64,000 bases of DNA from Vicugna vicugna (GCA_013265495.1 MU058482.1:406962-470961), one strand, 5' to 3'; positions 1 to 14,708 are shown, counted from the stretch's first letter. Program-made: numbers and translations. The notes: generated from the letters alone by a model not told the origin.

Positions 1-1045
1 AGAAATGGAGCAATTGGTATAAACGTTTCCTAAATTTTTAACCAGATTCACAATCCACGCTAGGTTTGCTTCTTAAGAGGGCAGAGTCATGAAAACTCAA
101 ACTTTAGAATGAAAGGTTCGAAATACAGTTGATAGGTTTGCTTGCTTTTCAACCAGTTATAGATTTTATTTGTGTTTTTGGTTTTAGGATGGTAGAAGTG
201 GGAATAGAAACACATTTCTATATCAGTGAAGCTTAAGCAGTTCTTGTCCTTCACACTGCCACTAAAATCTCTGATTTTATTGCTGCAATATAAAACATAC
301 GATCAAATGGACACATAGATTCTTTGGTGTAATAAAAGTAACTCGGTATTCCTGGTTTAACTTTTGCTCACCAGGTAGGGCTTGGTGATCCTTTGTTGAT
401 AAAAATTGCGGACATAAGAACCTGGGATGAATAATATGTATAAAATTATGCTAACACAGATGCATGTGTATCCAGGAACTAGAGGTTTGAGTACCACTAC
501 CCAGTAACCTCTAGGAAGATACTCAAATCTTTCTCTTTCTGTTGTCTGTACTGTGGTGGAATTCTGCTTTTCTGGAAACCAAATCCACTTAATCTCTACC
601 ACTGAATTAAACAGGATGCGTAGTAACCAGGGAACATAATCATTTCAGAAATTTTTTCCCTTTTGGTTTTACTCTTTGAAACCAATTTTAGGGAAAGAAA
701 CTGGTTCTGTGTATTTTTTATTCTATGTACTTTTATTTACTTAGATCTTCTGTAATATTCAATATTGAGTTTGAAAAAGAAAATCTATCTTAATGGTTTG
801 CTGAGAGTTTTTAAAGGATGTGACCAGAGTACTTTCATCTTTGAGAAATAGAGTATTTAGGATGTATGGAAACCTGATTTTCAAAAAGTGGAAGAAGTTG
901 CAGTCTATAAACTCAGTCTGTGAACTGGAAATCATTCTCCGTTAAGATACTAGAGTGGATTATTAAAGTTAAAAATTCATGTAGATTAACGTTACTTCAT
1001 TATTTAAGTGTTAAACTATTAGTACATATCTTTTTAATAAAAACA

Positions 1046-1209
1046 TTTTTTTTGAGGGAGAAGGTACTTTGGCTGGCTGGCTGACTTGCTTGCTTTCCCT
1101 TCCTCCCTCCTATCCTCTCTCCCTTCCCTTTCATGGAGGTACTGGGAATTGAACCCAGGACCTCGTGCATGCTAATAAGCACACACTCTACTACTGAACT
1201 ACATCCTCC
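1046..1209 (-). mobile_element. tRNA-Ala-derived SINE (camelid Vic-1-like)
   Basis: Reverse-complemented head (ggaggtactgggaattgaacccaggacctcgtgcatgctaa...ctctactactgaactacatcctcc) with a low-complexity tail on the left. Confidence 0.85.
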
Positions 1210-2945
1210 TAAGATACGTAAGTATATGTCTTACTATGTTAGTACATTTGATGTTCTTGAAACATTTGAATATTTTTATAAAACAAATGTTTTAAGACCT
1301 GGATTGTTATTACTAATGTGGCTGGCCTTTTTTATTTCTCTCTGCATTCCTGGTTAGAAGTTGGGTGCTTGACTTTAAAAATGGCATTCTCCTAACAAAA
1401 CAAAACAAAATTTATGTTCATTGTAGAAAAATTGGATAATATATGATATTTCATCATAATTTTCACATCATTTAAAATGATTTGTAAATTTTCTAAAGAC
1501 TATAATTGCTGGTAATTAGAATAATGAGTTAAAAATGTATTTTACAAAAATGTGTGTAGAATATAACCAAATATTATAGCTCTGTGTAAGGTAAAAAACA
1601 AAAATTGACCCCTTTGTCTGCAACTTACTTTTACATCTGAAATCTTGATATGTTTCTTTAAGACTATATATACCCTCTGGGTCTGGGTTTTTGTTTTTTG
1701 TTGTTGTTTTTTTTTTTTTCTTCTTTAAGCCAGTCTGAGCAACTTGTCCCATTTCGTCCTTCACTAATACTTACCTTTTAAAATTCAGGAGAAATTGACC
1801 TGTCCTATAAGGGGGACTCCTCCAAAGTGTAAACTTCTATGATCCATGAGACAACTTCGGATAAGCTCACTTAGATCTAGTTCTATTTGTCGGGTTTTTT
1901 TGTTTGTTTTTTTTTTTTTAAGAGTAGCTTAATGAGTTACAAAGCAAAAACCCTTGTAGCTACTACTCAAGTTAATAAAACTAGAACTTGCCAGCAAGGT
2001 TTACACTTTGGAATGACTCTGTGACAGTCCAGGGATAAATGGAGTAACATATTTACAGAAAGAAAATGTGATTCAAGGATTTTATACCCAGTGAAACTGA
2101 CTGACAGATATAAAAGGCACAGGAATGAACTGATAAACAATTCTCAAGTTCTTTTTAAGTAATATATTAGAGTTAAGCTTGAGACACCATAATACCTAGA
2201 GAGATCTGATAGAATTTAAACATTAACAACATTACAAAAAGATGTCACCTGTATAATCTTGGAGAAGTGTCACATATGAGCCTGATCAAGCCTTTGGTCT
2301 CAGCTTCCTATTTCTGAAAATACAGAGGACAGAAGAATTGCAGTAAGGGTGTGAAATTCTGGAAAACGGGGCAATTGCCCAGGATTCTTCAGATAAATTT
2401 TAACTTAAAGGGATGGAAGAGACCTAAAAAGAGTCTTAAAAGACACATCAATTTATTCTGATGGGCAAGACTATACTGTCCAGGGATACACATTTAGGTG
2501 ATAGAACTATTTAAAAAGGAAGAAAGTGATACTACTATAAAGTTAGAATGGGAATTTTAAGGGGGGAAGAAAGGAATCAAGAAAGGAATGGTGCACATAG
2601 AGCTTCAGAGTTAGTTAGAGACTTTTATAGAAGCTAAGCTGCTCTAGCACCTTCATACCATTTTACTACAGTACCTTGTACTAGCACTACTGGAGCCAGC
2701 AAAACTCTCCCTGTTGGAGCTGCTTTTTAAAAAATTAGTTCCTTTCCTTGCCAGTAAATAGCATCTGGATATCTTGGGATTCTTCAGTTTCTGAATCTTT
2801 TAGGTTCCCAGTTGCTGCTTTTTGCTTCTCCCACAGTGGTAGATAACCATGCATGTTGGCTGTTGGCTTGCCCTTACCAGCTTACATTTTGGAGTTTTGA
2901 TTGGGGTGCCCTGACACCAAATTTTGTTGTAAATGCTGTCCAGGG

Positions 2946-2946
<1 letters not shown>

Positions 2947-2983
<37 letters not shown>
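2947..2983 (+). repeat. Poly(T)37 tract
   Basis: Uninterrupted run of T. Confidence 0.95.
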
Positions 2984-4579
2984 CTATTAATTTTTCGTTA
3001 AACCGAAAGAGATTTTCACCTATAATTGATATTGTTAGCGAAAAACAGTTACTGACAACTGGCTTTTGTCCACACTTAAATAATGGCAGACTTAATAACG
3101 GCAAACTTAATGTTTGAAACCAGTTAGGCATTTTAGTAGGTTTATGTTTTGATTTCTCTTGGTGTTTTAAGGCTTTCTGGCACTCCCACTTAAGTTGAAA
3201 GGCTGTTGGTGATTCTCAGTGGCCACTGTTTGGTAAATTTTTACTGCTTAGTCAAAAAAATAAAGAACTCTTTATAAAGATAATTTAGAAATCAAATACA
3301 GTCTGTTTCTTGAATTTCAGAAAGGATAGTTGCAAAAAGCAGTTCTTACAGCTTTAAAAACCAATATGCTTATGAAATGACTAGGTATTTTAAGGGTCAG
3401 AATGGCACTGATTGTATATAAATGTTATACCGTCTTTTTTTTTTTACATGTATGTATGTATAAGATGTTTTTACATTATTTGTGAGAATTAGGTTGTCAT
3501 GGTTCTCTCAAGGATTTGAAACATAACAAATGTTAGACATGATACCTTTTAATTTGAGGTTCTTCAGTACCTTGCAAAGGGATGAATAGGAAGTAATCTT
3601 AAGAATGTAACTTTAAATCTAAGGTGGGTGCATTTTAATCCCTGTTGAAGTTTGGTGGTTGGAGTGGGAAGGAGCAGTAAACTCATAACAAAAGTCAAAA
3701 AATGTCGAAACATTTTCATTTTAAGACATTATGATGAATCTCCATAACATATATAAAGAAAATTAATTTGAAACTGTCTGAGGAAAGTTTTGTTCTCTTC
3801 CTTAGTTCTCCTGGTCCTTTTTTGATTCATGCAGTATTCTACCTGCTATTTTTATCATCATCACCATCCAGTATTAGTAAATGTCCAAGATACATTTTAT
3901 AGGTTAACACAGAAAAAGTAAGTAAAGAATCATTGCGTTCTATAAAAAGATAATACTGATACTTAAAGTATCTATGGAATATAATCACTTGAAGTACCTG
4001 AATTATTTCCACAGTGAATGAATTGGTTCTATTTATTGCCTTTGTGTAATAAAGCTAAATGAAGAGTAAAGTGTCAGTGGTCCGCTTTCATCTAGCTGAA
4101 GAATAGTTTGTGGGCAGAATTTGTAGTTCTGTATTGAAGGTGGAGTTATTGATAAATGGCAAGGGATGGTTAGGTTAGCATGACTGGGGAGGTGAAAAAT
4201 CTAAGGAGAAATTGGTGGTAGAGAGCTTAGGGGCTTCTAAATTTGCTTGAGGACTTTAAAATAGAGGGAATTAATAAATTAGTTAAAGAAGATTATGTTG
4301 CCAAAAGTCTCTAAAGAGTTTTTCCCCCTTGAAATGATTATCTAGTTTGCTGAAATATACTAAAGAGATTGAAATTCTAAAAGGATATATTCAAGGGCTC
4401 TAATCTCTGAATAGGGTTATACTTGCTGCTGTGAGATCCTTTTAAGTTGACTGATACTCTAGGTAGTAACAGTGGTTCAGAATAAAAGTAGAACAAGTTT
4501 TATCAAGAAATGTTTTCTTTTTAGCATCTTTTCACCTGAATGCATTTTTTTTTTTCTTTTCAGTTTTTCGGCTTTGTGA

Positions 4580-4882
<303 letters not shown>

Positions 4883-6948
4883 TAATTCAGATCTGAGAGT
4901 GTTCATGTCCATGTCCTCTCTTTCCCTCTCTCTCCATAAAGGTAACAGTATGAGATGTTCTGAATGTTATAACTTGTTAATCAGCCTAATAAAAATGTGA
5001 AGTTTGTAAGTATAATAGGTTAAAGAGGATTTTATTAGGTCATTGTATGTGGTAGAGACTGGTAACCCTTGGTTGGCAGTCTTGAGTAAAGCAGGGAAGA
5101 TGGAAATGATTATATCATAGGGTACTATTGCTACCTAAATGGCTGTGTCTTACTGCTCACAGTGGACTGGATGAAGACAATGTAGCTTAGTCATTCGTGC
5201 TTTGGAGTTCGATTACTTGGCTCTACTTTGGGCTTCCCAACTTGTCAAGAGAATTTAGATAAATTGAAAAGATTAGTTGAGATGATTCTGAGAAGCTTCT
5301 AATTTTAAGTTCAGCACATTGTGCTCAGTGAAATGTACTTATTGTTAAATCTATTTCAGTAGCATAAACTTTGATTATGTTGTTTTAGGTATTAACCCCC
5401 AGTAGGGATCTCCTTTGATGTAGCATGTTCAAATTTTGAGAAATCAGAGCAGAGCTCTGCTAAGATACAGTTTATATTCTAAACTTTAGATCTCATTACT
5501 TACTAAGACTATGTAAGTATATTCCTGGTAATTGTAGAATTTCATTTCATCTCCTATCTTTCTAATTACTTACCAATCTCTAGGATTTGCTGTTAGTTAC
5601 AGTACTTTTGATATAGCTTGTATTTTCTTGGGTATGAATATTGGGGAAGCTGAAGGGTTTCTAATACAAGTCAATTTCTTTTTGCTTTTTATGAATAAAA
5701 AAGCACACAGATGTCTTTGAGTGCCATAAAATGGCTAGTTCCATTGTTGGTACTATATTATTTACAATTTAACAAATTGTTTACTTCAGATTTATAAAGT
5801 TCATAGCAGTTTGTAATTAAATGAGGTTTTTTAGTTTTTTAAAGATTATAGTAGTGGCTTAAATTTTTGCTTTGTTTTTAGTATTTTTAGGAGTTTGTAT
5901 TTAATTTAATTTTTAAAGTATAATGTACAACATATTTGAAGTCCAACTTCATTTCTTACTTGGCTTTCTCCTGATTGGAGTAGGTTTTTTTCCCCTTAAG
6001 TGTTTCCATATTAGTGTTTCCCTTTAATACAACTCAATACTTCAGCATTTCACAGTAATAATAGAATTTAATTAAAGTTTATAACAAATGACTTTGTATA
6101 GAAAAGTTCTAACAGCTTTTGAGACAGTTTTGGACATTTGGTTATTGTTTCTCAGTGACTTTAATTATAGCTCTTTCTAGAATAAAGATTTTGTGTACTT
6201 TGTATTTTATTTATGAACACTTCTCAAATGCTAAACTATTTTAAAAATCCTAATCCCAGTGGATTGGAGAGGGAAAATATTGACAATTAGAGAATACACA
6301 GGAATTTCCATACCCATTTTTCCTGTACCCCAAAGTACATGAAAATGCAGCACACATAAAACTTTGGCATCTGTAAAGTGGCTGTGACAAAAATGAATTA
6401 TGGTAGTTTTATGAGAGGTCTTAAAATAAAGTCAGGTTTTTAATTACACTTACTTTTTTAATATCATGGAAATTTCCTAACATAAAAGTAGAGAGAAGAA
6501 CATAAAGAACCTGTATGTTACAACATCTCACCTAGGTTAACAGATGTCAACATTTGACGGGTTTTGTTTTTATCTATCAGTGTTTCTTTTGTTGTTATTC
6601 AGAGTATTTTTAAGACTTCGGCATATATCTAGTGGATAAGGACCCACACTGCCCTTATCACAAACCAAAAATTCACAGTAATTCAGATTTCTTTTATAGT
6701 CTGAAACTTTTTCTGTAACTTGCTTTCTTCAGAATCCAATCCATGTCCAATATGTATATTATTTATTGCCCCTTGGATGTCTTTAAATGTTTCTCCACCT
6801 CTTACTTTCCCATTTAAAAAATTCATGACATTTAATTTGTCAAAGAAATCTATAGTATTTACCACACAGTGTACTGATTGCTTCCTTGTGCTCTTATTTA
6901 GTTTGTTCTTTTCTACCTCTATTTTCTGTCATACTGGTAGATATAGAG

Positions 6949-7255
6949 CAGTGCAATCCTGTAGAAATATAATGTGAGCCATATATGTAATTTTAAATTT
7001 GAATGGCCATATTAAAAGAGAAACAAGTGAAATTAATTTTCGTAGTATATTTTATTTGCTCAGTGTACCCAAAATACTGATATTTTAATATGTAATCGTA
7101 TAAAAGTATGATTTGGGTATTTTACATTCTTTTTTCATACAAAGTCTTTGAAATCAGTGTGTATATTTCACTTAAACACATCTGAATTCAGATTTAGTAC
7201 ATGTCAGATGCTCGGTAGCCACTTGAGGCTAGCAGCTTACTGTCTTGGACTTAAG
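6949..7255. mobile_element. hAT-Charlie MITE, MER33-like
   Basis: Starts cagtgc...tagaaatataatgtgagccatatatgtaattttaaattt and ends ...tagccacttgaggctag...ttggac. Confidence 0.75.
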
Positions 7256-8067
7256 ACTAGGGGCTTGATTCAGTTCAAGTTCTAGTTATTTTGGTGAAAA
7301 TATTTCATGGGTAGTGTTATGTACTTTGTATTGTATCACATCAGGTGGCCTAACATAACTGTCCCATTTTTAGTGATGTTATGAATAATTTGTGGGTTCA
7401 AGTTTTACATCCAGATCCATTCATGATAATAACGTTGCCTATCAACTTTTCACCTTTTGGTGATCATCCATTGATGATTATTGCTTAGGTATTTCACTGG
7501 AGGTTGCAAAAGAGTAATTATCTGTAATTTTTCTAAAATGAGTGACTTCTCACTTCTTGGTTTTTCTGAAATACTGGTCATATTGGGAAGTTAGGATAAA
7601 TCTTTTTCAAATTCTGGCAAAATTGATATAGCAATCTTTATAGTTGCTTTTGTTTAGTATCATTATAAATTTGTATATTTTAAATTGATGTGTTTCAGTC
7701 CATTGCAAATTATTCTTTAGAGCTTAGAATATTTCATTTTTGGCCAGTGGATCACCTTCAAGTGGTTCCTGTATCCTTGAGATCTTACTCTTGTAAAATT
7801 GCTTTGCTTCCTTGCTTTCTGGTATCACAACATATTCCAGGTCATTTGGTATATTTCTTGATTTATCCTGAAGTTTGTCCCCTTTTCCTAAGAGTCTTGG
7901 CTCCTTTTATTGGGAATTATTTAGAAACCACTATTTATATACCAGTATTATTAATACATTTTTATTGCATCTGGTTAGTTTCAGTGGGCAGACTAGGGAA
8001 CACTTATTTAGATTTGAGGTTCATTTTATTAACAATGTATATTCTGTTTTGGATATTGACTTCAGTA

Positions 8068-8290
8068 CTGTTTTCCCTTGACTGAACAACACGTGTTTCA
8101 GCTGCATGGGTTCACTTACACGTGGGGTTTTTTTTTCCCAATAAATACATATTATAGTATTATAAGAGCATTGATTGAATCCCCCAGTGTGGAATTGAGG
8201 ATATGGAGGGCTGACCAAAAAGTTATACACAGCTTTTCAGTTGTTCAGAGTGTCAGCGCCCCAACTTCCACATTGTTCAAGGGTTAACTA
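8068..8290. mobile_element. Tigger2/MER8-like TcMar MITE
   Basis: Degenerate TIRs (cccttg...aacaac / ttgttcaagggttaacta) flanked by TA. Similar to the copy at 59996-60216. Confidence 0.75.
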
Positions 8291-8742
8291 TACTATTTAG
8301 TTTAGAATCACATGAAATAATTCTTCTTTAAAGGTTGTATAATCAACTTGATATATAGTCTAGTTCTGTTGTCTCATTTTCACATTTTAAAATTGCTTTT
8401 AAAAATTGCCTTTATTATAAAAGCTTATGTATGATTCCAAAGTCAAACTGTAAAAGCAAGGGTGTTATAAACATTAGATACTAAAAATTAGAAATGAGCT
8501 TAGTAAACAAAGAACTCTGAAGATTATTCATAAATGTGGTGGTGTTTAACTAATAGTGTACTTAAAAGTCTGTTTCTCATTTGGTCATTTGAACTGAGTT
8601 TTGGAGAGCTAGCTAGCTTTGGGCTAATTAGTTTTTGACAGATGGGCTCTTCTATTAGAATAAGAGGGAAAACATGAACTCTTTGGTAGGCAGGTGGCCA
8701 CTCTAGCATAGTTTTTAAAATTATGTTGTGTATTTCTGAAGT

Positions 8743-8879
8743 TTTGTTTTTTAGTGAGAGGGAGGTAATTAGGTTTATTTATTTTAATATTTATATTTGG
8801 AGAAGGTACTTAGGGATTGAACTCAGGACCTTGTGCAAACTAAGCATACGTTCTACCACTTGAGCTATACCCTCCCCCC
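8743..8879 (-). mobile_element. tRNA-Ala-derived SINE (Vic-1-like) with TSD
   Basis: Head ...gagctataccctcccc, tail gggaggtaattaggtttatttatt. TSD TTTCTGAAGT at 8733-8742 and 8880-8889. Confidence 0.92.
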
Positions 8880-9362
8880 TTTCTGAAGTATTTTTTATGA
8901 AACTTTAAAGCTTATCCTTTTTGTAAGAATAAAAATTCTCCTTTGAGAATAATAATTTGAGGTACCGTACTTCAACCATATTAATTCATGAAATGCCATA
9001 TAGTTGTGAGGTCTTCACTCATTCCTAATGTATTTGTCTATGCTAATTTTAAATGCACAGTAGTGTCTAGAAAGGCAACTGTTGGTCGTTGATACTTTTC
9101 TTCTTTAGTAGTAAGTGAGTGAATAGAGTGGGTGTTCTGAATGGTGAGTTTCATTTAACCGAGCTGAGGGTGGGAAGTACCAAAGACAAACTTAACTGTG
9201 TATAATGTAGGCTTTGTTGGTACAGAACAGGACAAAGGAATGGAAGATTAAGTCCTAACCTTGTAAAAATTCCTGAGCCTTTTTGTCTAATAAGGGAAGA
9301 TGTGACATGTAGTTAGACCGTTACTGATTTATTATGACTGTGTACACTTTAAAAAGCTATAG

Positions 9363-9668
<306 letters not shown>

Positions 9669-10148
9669 TAATATACCTCCTTTCCCCCCATTTCCCAGAG
9701 AATTATTAGAATTCCCTGAGATTTTTACTATTAAAGAGTAGTTTCGTATTTAAAGCATAAATTGAAGTCCTTTAAGAGAAGTTATTTAGATTCTAAGATG
9801 CTGGGGGGTAGTAAGAAAGGGAAGGAGGATGACATAAGAATGCTTAATTTACTGTTGTATTTTTCAGTGTTCTTATTTTAGCTGTTATATTGTATGTTGA
9901 TATTTTATCAGTCTTAAACCTAATCTGCAATTTGGCCACTGCATGTCCAGTGACCTAAGGTGATTGGAATGTAGTGATCTGTTTGACTGATTGGGCATTA
10001 GTCCATGCTAATCTCTTGATCTGCTTGTTGCTGTTAAGCGGTTAGTTAAGCGTGGGGTGGTTTTTTTGTTGTTGTTGTTTTTCCCATCTGCTGTTGTGAA
10101 TTTACATCAACAGCTCAAAATTAATCCTCTTTGGTATTTATTTTTCAG

Positions 10149-10196
10149 CTCTTCTTTTGACTTGGACTATGATTTTCAACGGGATTATTATGACAG
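10149..10196 (+). CDS. HNRNPC: hnRNP C coding exon 3 (48 nt)
   Basis: Acceptor tttttcag ends at 10148. Encodes SSFDLDYDFQRDYYDR. Donor AG|GTATGT at 10197. Confidence 0.97.
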
Positions 10197-12394
10197 GTAT
10201 GTTAAAAATGTTTTGTCTATTCTAGCTAAAAGCTATCTACTGAGAGCTATTTGTTTTTCTGTTTTGTAGTAATGTGTTCCATTTTGTAGTAATGAACAGC
10301 AAATACGTTTCAAACAACCCTCCCCCCTGCTTCCTGCCAGTAATGAAAAATACTTGCTGAAAATCAGAGGCAGACTAGATAAGGGTGGCATTTCTATTGA
10401 TTTCAAAGAAAGAGTTTAATTATTGTCAGGGCATATGGGGACATGTCCAGTGTTTTCTGGACTAATGGTTTTTCTTGACGGTTTTTGTTTTGTTTTAATT
10501 TGTATGCCACATAAAAGCAAGTACTGACTGACTTGCCTAATGATGAAATGAGACTTAATTAGCAGTATCATGCTCTCTTCATTATTTCCCTATTGCATAC
10601 TTGCCACTTGGCATTGTGGGAGATTACAGCAAAACTATAAAAATTGATCCCTCCCCCCGAAAATGATCCCTAATCTTAAAAATGTAATAGTCTTCTCTGG
10701 AAATACTAACCAATACAAAATAGAATACAGTAAGCATATATAGCGAATTAACAATCAAATTGCTTTAGGGGTTAATGTTGAAGTGTTAAGATTTGTAGAT
10801 TAGGGGTGGTGATGATTCAGTTCTAAAAGGCAAGGAAGTTAGAATAATGATGATGATTTCTTGTGCCTTCAGAACGGAGTTAGCATTTGAAAAGTCATGA
10901 GAGATGAAATTGGAAGATGTGTGAATAGGTATAAGTTATGGATGGCTTTGAATGATGGATTTAGACCTGAGATAGAAACTAGTTATCAGGGAATGGCCTG
11001 ATAAGCAAAAAAAAAAAAATTTAGTATAACATTGGTATTGATGACATGAGTCTTTACGAACATTAAGGAAACATTTGGTTTGCTACTTTTTAAATTATGC
11101 GTTATATGGGAGTATATATGGAGCATGCTCATACTTTGGACTTTGTAAGAAATTGATGTGCATTTTTTTTTGTCTTAATTCTGTTACTCTAATCTTTAGT
11201 ATTTTAAGTTATTTACATGTAAGAATTCCAGTTAGATCGGTCTCTGGTTTTGGAATAAAAGTAATAGCTTTCTTGATTTGGGAGTGTTTCACAGAAGTTA
11301 AACATTTGAATTAAGTTGATCAGTTATGCCAAGGGAGTTCAAGAAAGAAAAAAAGTCGGCCAGTAAACTATACAAGCAGAGACCTGAACACACGTGTACA
11401 TTTTGTGTGTTTGAGAAATATCATATAGAACTATGGTAGCTGGTTATTAAAAGGCCAGAGAATAAGGCTAGAAAATAGTTTGGATCTGCATTGTTAAAGG
11501 TCCTGAAATGCCATATTCAGGTTGTGTGATTTGAATCTCCTTCCCACATTGTCAAAATTATTTCATTTTGTACTTAACAGATTTCTTCAGATTTTTGTAT
11601 TTATTTATGTTTCTACATATTTTGAAAACTGTAGTGATTTTTATACTTTGAAAATAGTAAACTATAAATATGGCAGACCTTAACAGTTGAGAGAATAGAT
11701 CTCATATCTGCTGAAAACTTGGTCACCGAGTGACTTGAAGGCATGAGACCTAGTGAATTTAAAGCAGCCGCCTTTTTACCCTTTTTCACATAGAAATTTC
11801 TTGACCATATTTTTTTAAAGTACTCGTGCCAAACTTCACCTGTGGAGATTCTTACACACCTGGTCTAGGTAGACTCTTTAAGTATTTGTATTTTTTTTAA
11901 AAGCTTCCCAAGGAATTCTAATGTCCAGGCAGGGATGAAAATCAGTTGCTAACAGAGAACGATTAAGTTTTATTTCTGTGATTCTTACCTATTTCTTTGT
12001 TATGGCTCTTAGGGAAATTCTAACGCTCACTTTTTGGATATAATTTTTGGGGTATCAGAAGAAACTCATGTTTTAAATTGAGTGTATAGAAAGTGTTAAC
12101 TGTACACTTCTATCTTCATGAGAATTGTCCTCTGAAGTTTTACTTTTGGTTGGCTTAGTGAAGCAGTGAAACTGACCATTCCTATTATTTCCATTCTAAA
12201 TAAGTTTGGAAAACTTTGTTTTAAGTGAAGAATTTTGAAATTGGAGAAAAAAGATATAGGCAGCAAGAAATAGTGAAGACATTTAGACGTTTGCAGAAAT
12301 ATCTTCAAATTTCTTATCATTGCTATCTGGTCCTAAAAATTGGTGGAATCACCACTATTGGCCTCACTTAGTTTTTCAAGAGGCAAGAGAATAC

Positions 12395-12660
12395 ATTTAT
12401 TTATTTATTTATTAACATTTTTTATTGATTTATAATCATTTTACAATGTTGTGTCAAATTCCAGTGTTCAGCACAATTTTTCAGTCATTCATGGACATAT
12501 ACACACTCATTGTCACATTTTTTTCTCTGTGATTTATCATAACATTTTGTGTATATTTCCCTGTGCTATACAGTGTAATCTTGTTTATCTATTCTACAAT
12601 TTTGAAATCCCAGTCTATCCCTTCCCACCCTCTACCCCCCTGGTAACCACAAGTCTGTAT
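12395..12660 (-). mobile_element. Young 5'-truncated L1 3' end
   Basis: T-rich tail, ttttattga...tacaatgttgtgtcaaattccagtg motif. TSD AAGAGAATAC at 12385-12394 and 12661-12670. Confidence 0.88.
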
Positions 12661-14465
12661 AAGAGAATACCTTTAGTTATTCTCTGAATACATTTAGTTA
12701 TTCTCTGTATTGCTTGATATTATAGAGTGTCAGTGAAAAGTAATGTCTTTCACCTTCCATTCTAATCTCATCCAATAGAAGACATTCTGATGACCAGTGG
12801 AGCAACCAAATATATTGTAGCTGGTAAAGAGCTCATTCAAATATATTACTGAGGTCTGGTGGGAAAATGAACATACTTAGTTAAGAATGGAAAAACTACT
12901 CAGGAAAATGGTATTAGTTTCTTCTCAGAAGTCATCCAGAAGATTTTTTATTATCCTAGCTGAGTAACATCCTAAATCAACTGTGTTAGATTATCTATTT
13001 TAAAAGATCGAAAATTGTCTCTGAGATACACTGAAAGCTGTGGTCCTGTTATGTAAATAGGGGTTAAATCCGTCTACTTACTCACTTCAGCCTGTTAGTC
13101 ATACCCTTAACATGAAATTCACATGGATATTTCAAGACATAAATTTGGCATTTCTGCTACCTATTATTAGGTTAGGGAGACATCTGATATGGAGCAGAGA
13201 AAAGAACAATTGAGGAATCCAAAGACTTAACACTTAACAAAAAAGGTTATGACCAAAGTCATATATATCATTTCAGTTATCTTATCCCTAAAAGTGGAAG
13301 TAAAATAATGCCTACTAACAGAGTGGTTGTGAAGACTAAAGGAAACATAAAAGATAAATTGCATTATAGATAACCCCAAAACATTATTATTCTATTTTCA
13401 ATCAGTCAAGAATTCTAAAGACTGGAGTCTTTAGTGCATAAGGATTTCTGTTTAATTATCAAAATAGCCTAGCTAAAGTTACTGAAAATTACACTTATGA
13501 ATTATTATTTTATTAACACTTTTAACACTGACATACATCATTACTACTGCATATTTTGACACCAGTTATCAAAAGGAAGGGAATCATGAACATACTTTTA
13601 TTAGCACAGAAACTAATATCTAGCATAATTCAGATTCTTTGTGTCTGAAAAAAGTCTTCTTAACTACTGCATAGTGAAATGAAAACTGGTTCGTGTTTGT
13701 TTTCCAGACATGCTTTTTAATAGTTATTTTAACTCAGCTGTACTCTATATTATAGAACATTTTGATTCAAATATATATAAAAGAAAATTGTATATCAGGA
13801 AAAGATAGACTGATTTTATGAACATAACCACAATACTATTCATACTTAATCCCATCAGTTTTCCATTGTTCTTAAGGTCATTACCGATGTAATAGGTGTT
13901 GGAAGTTCTTGGATGAATTTAACATAAATTGCCATTGTATGTGAATCTACAGTTTTGGATACATTTATTAATATCTGACACTCGGAAACACTGCCTACTC
14001 TTTATATGCTATAAACTCTGTCATACATAGTTTATAATTACCCAAAGATTTGTTAAGCCCTTGCATTTTTTTTTTTCTGGTAGGAATACAAGCCCTAAAG
14101 AAGCTTTCTGTTTTAGGATGAATATTCAAGGGGGTCTATATATAAAACTAGGAGAGGTGTTTCAGTCATCCTTGAGTATAAAACCTATTGTTTGTTGAAA
14201 GTCTGATAACCTATAAGCTGACAAAGATCCAGTTCCATTTGTGTTCTGGTGAATCTTGTTGCTTCTAGGAAAATTGTTACTGGCGTAGTTTTTGTTGGAG
14301 GGCTTCCTGTGTGAAGCAGTTCCTTTAAGTGATTTTTCTTGCAGATTCTTTTAATTTATTTAAATTCTCTCTCCACGTTGATATTTAGTCACTCACTTTT
14401 GAAATTATTGATCATTCGAAGGCAGTATGTGCTGTTGTGCCAGAAGTGTTGTAATAAAAATAACT

Positions 14466-14708
14466 GGGGGAGGAGGGGCATGGGAGGGGATAAATTGGGA
14501 GTTAAGAGATTTACTGATACTGATATATATAGAATAGATAAACAAGTTCACGCTGTATAGTGCAGTTAACTATATTTGATAACTTGCAATAACTTGTGGT
14601 GAAAAAGAATATGGAAACGAATATATGTATGTTCATATATGACTGAAACATTGTACTGTACACCAGAAATTGACACAACATTGTAAACTGTACTTAAGTA
14701 AAAAAATA
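14466..14708 (+). mobile_element. L1 3' end fragment
   Basis: gggataaattgggagtt...caccagaaattgacacaacattgtaaactg plus A-tail. Homologous to 61850-62090. Confidence 0.85.

Noticed and set aside
1133..1357. 74-aa ORF MEVLGIEPRTSCML...
   Set aside because: Translation of an antisense SINE.
2812..3131. ORFs with poly-Phe or poly-Lys
   Set aside because: Artefacts of the T37 homopolymer.
1..4563. HNRNPC promoter or first exon
   Set aside because: No CpG island. The sequence is AT-rich and intron-like, so the promoter must lie upstream of the window.
10540..10970. Intronic box C/D snoRNA (RTGATGA at about 10540, 10809, 10847; CTGA at about 10967)
   Set aside because: No terminal stem or recognisable rRNA/snRNA guide. 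The surroundings look like degraded purine-rich repeat.
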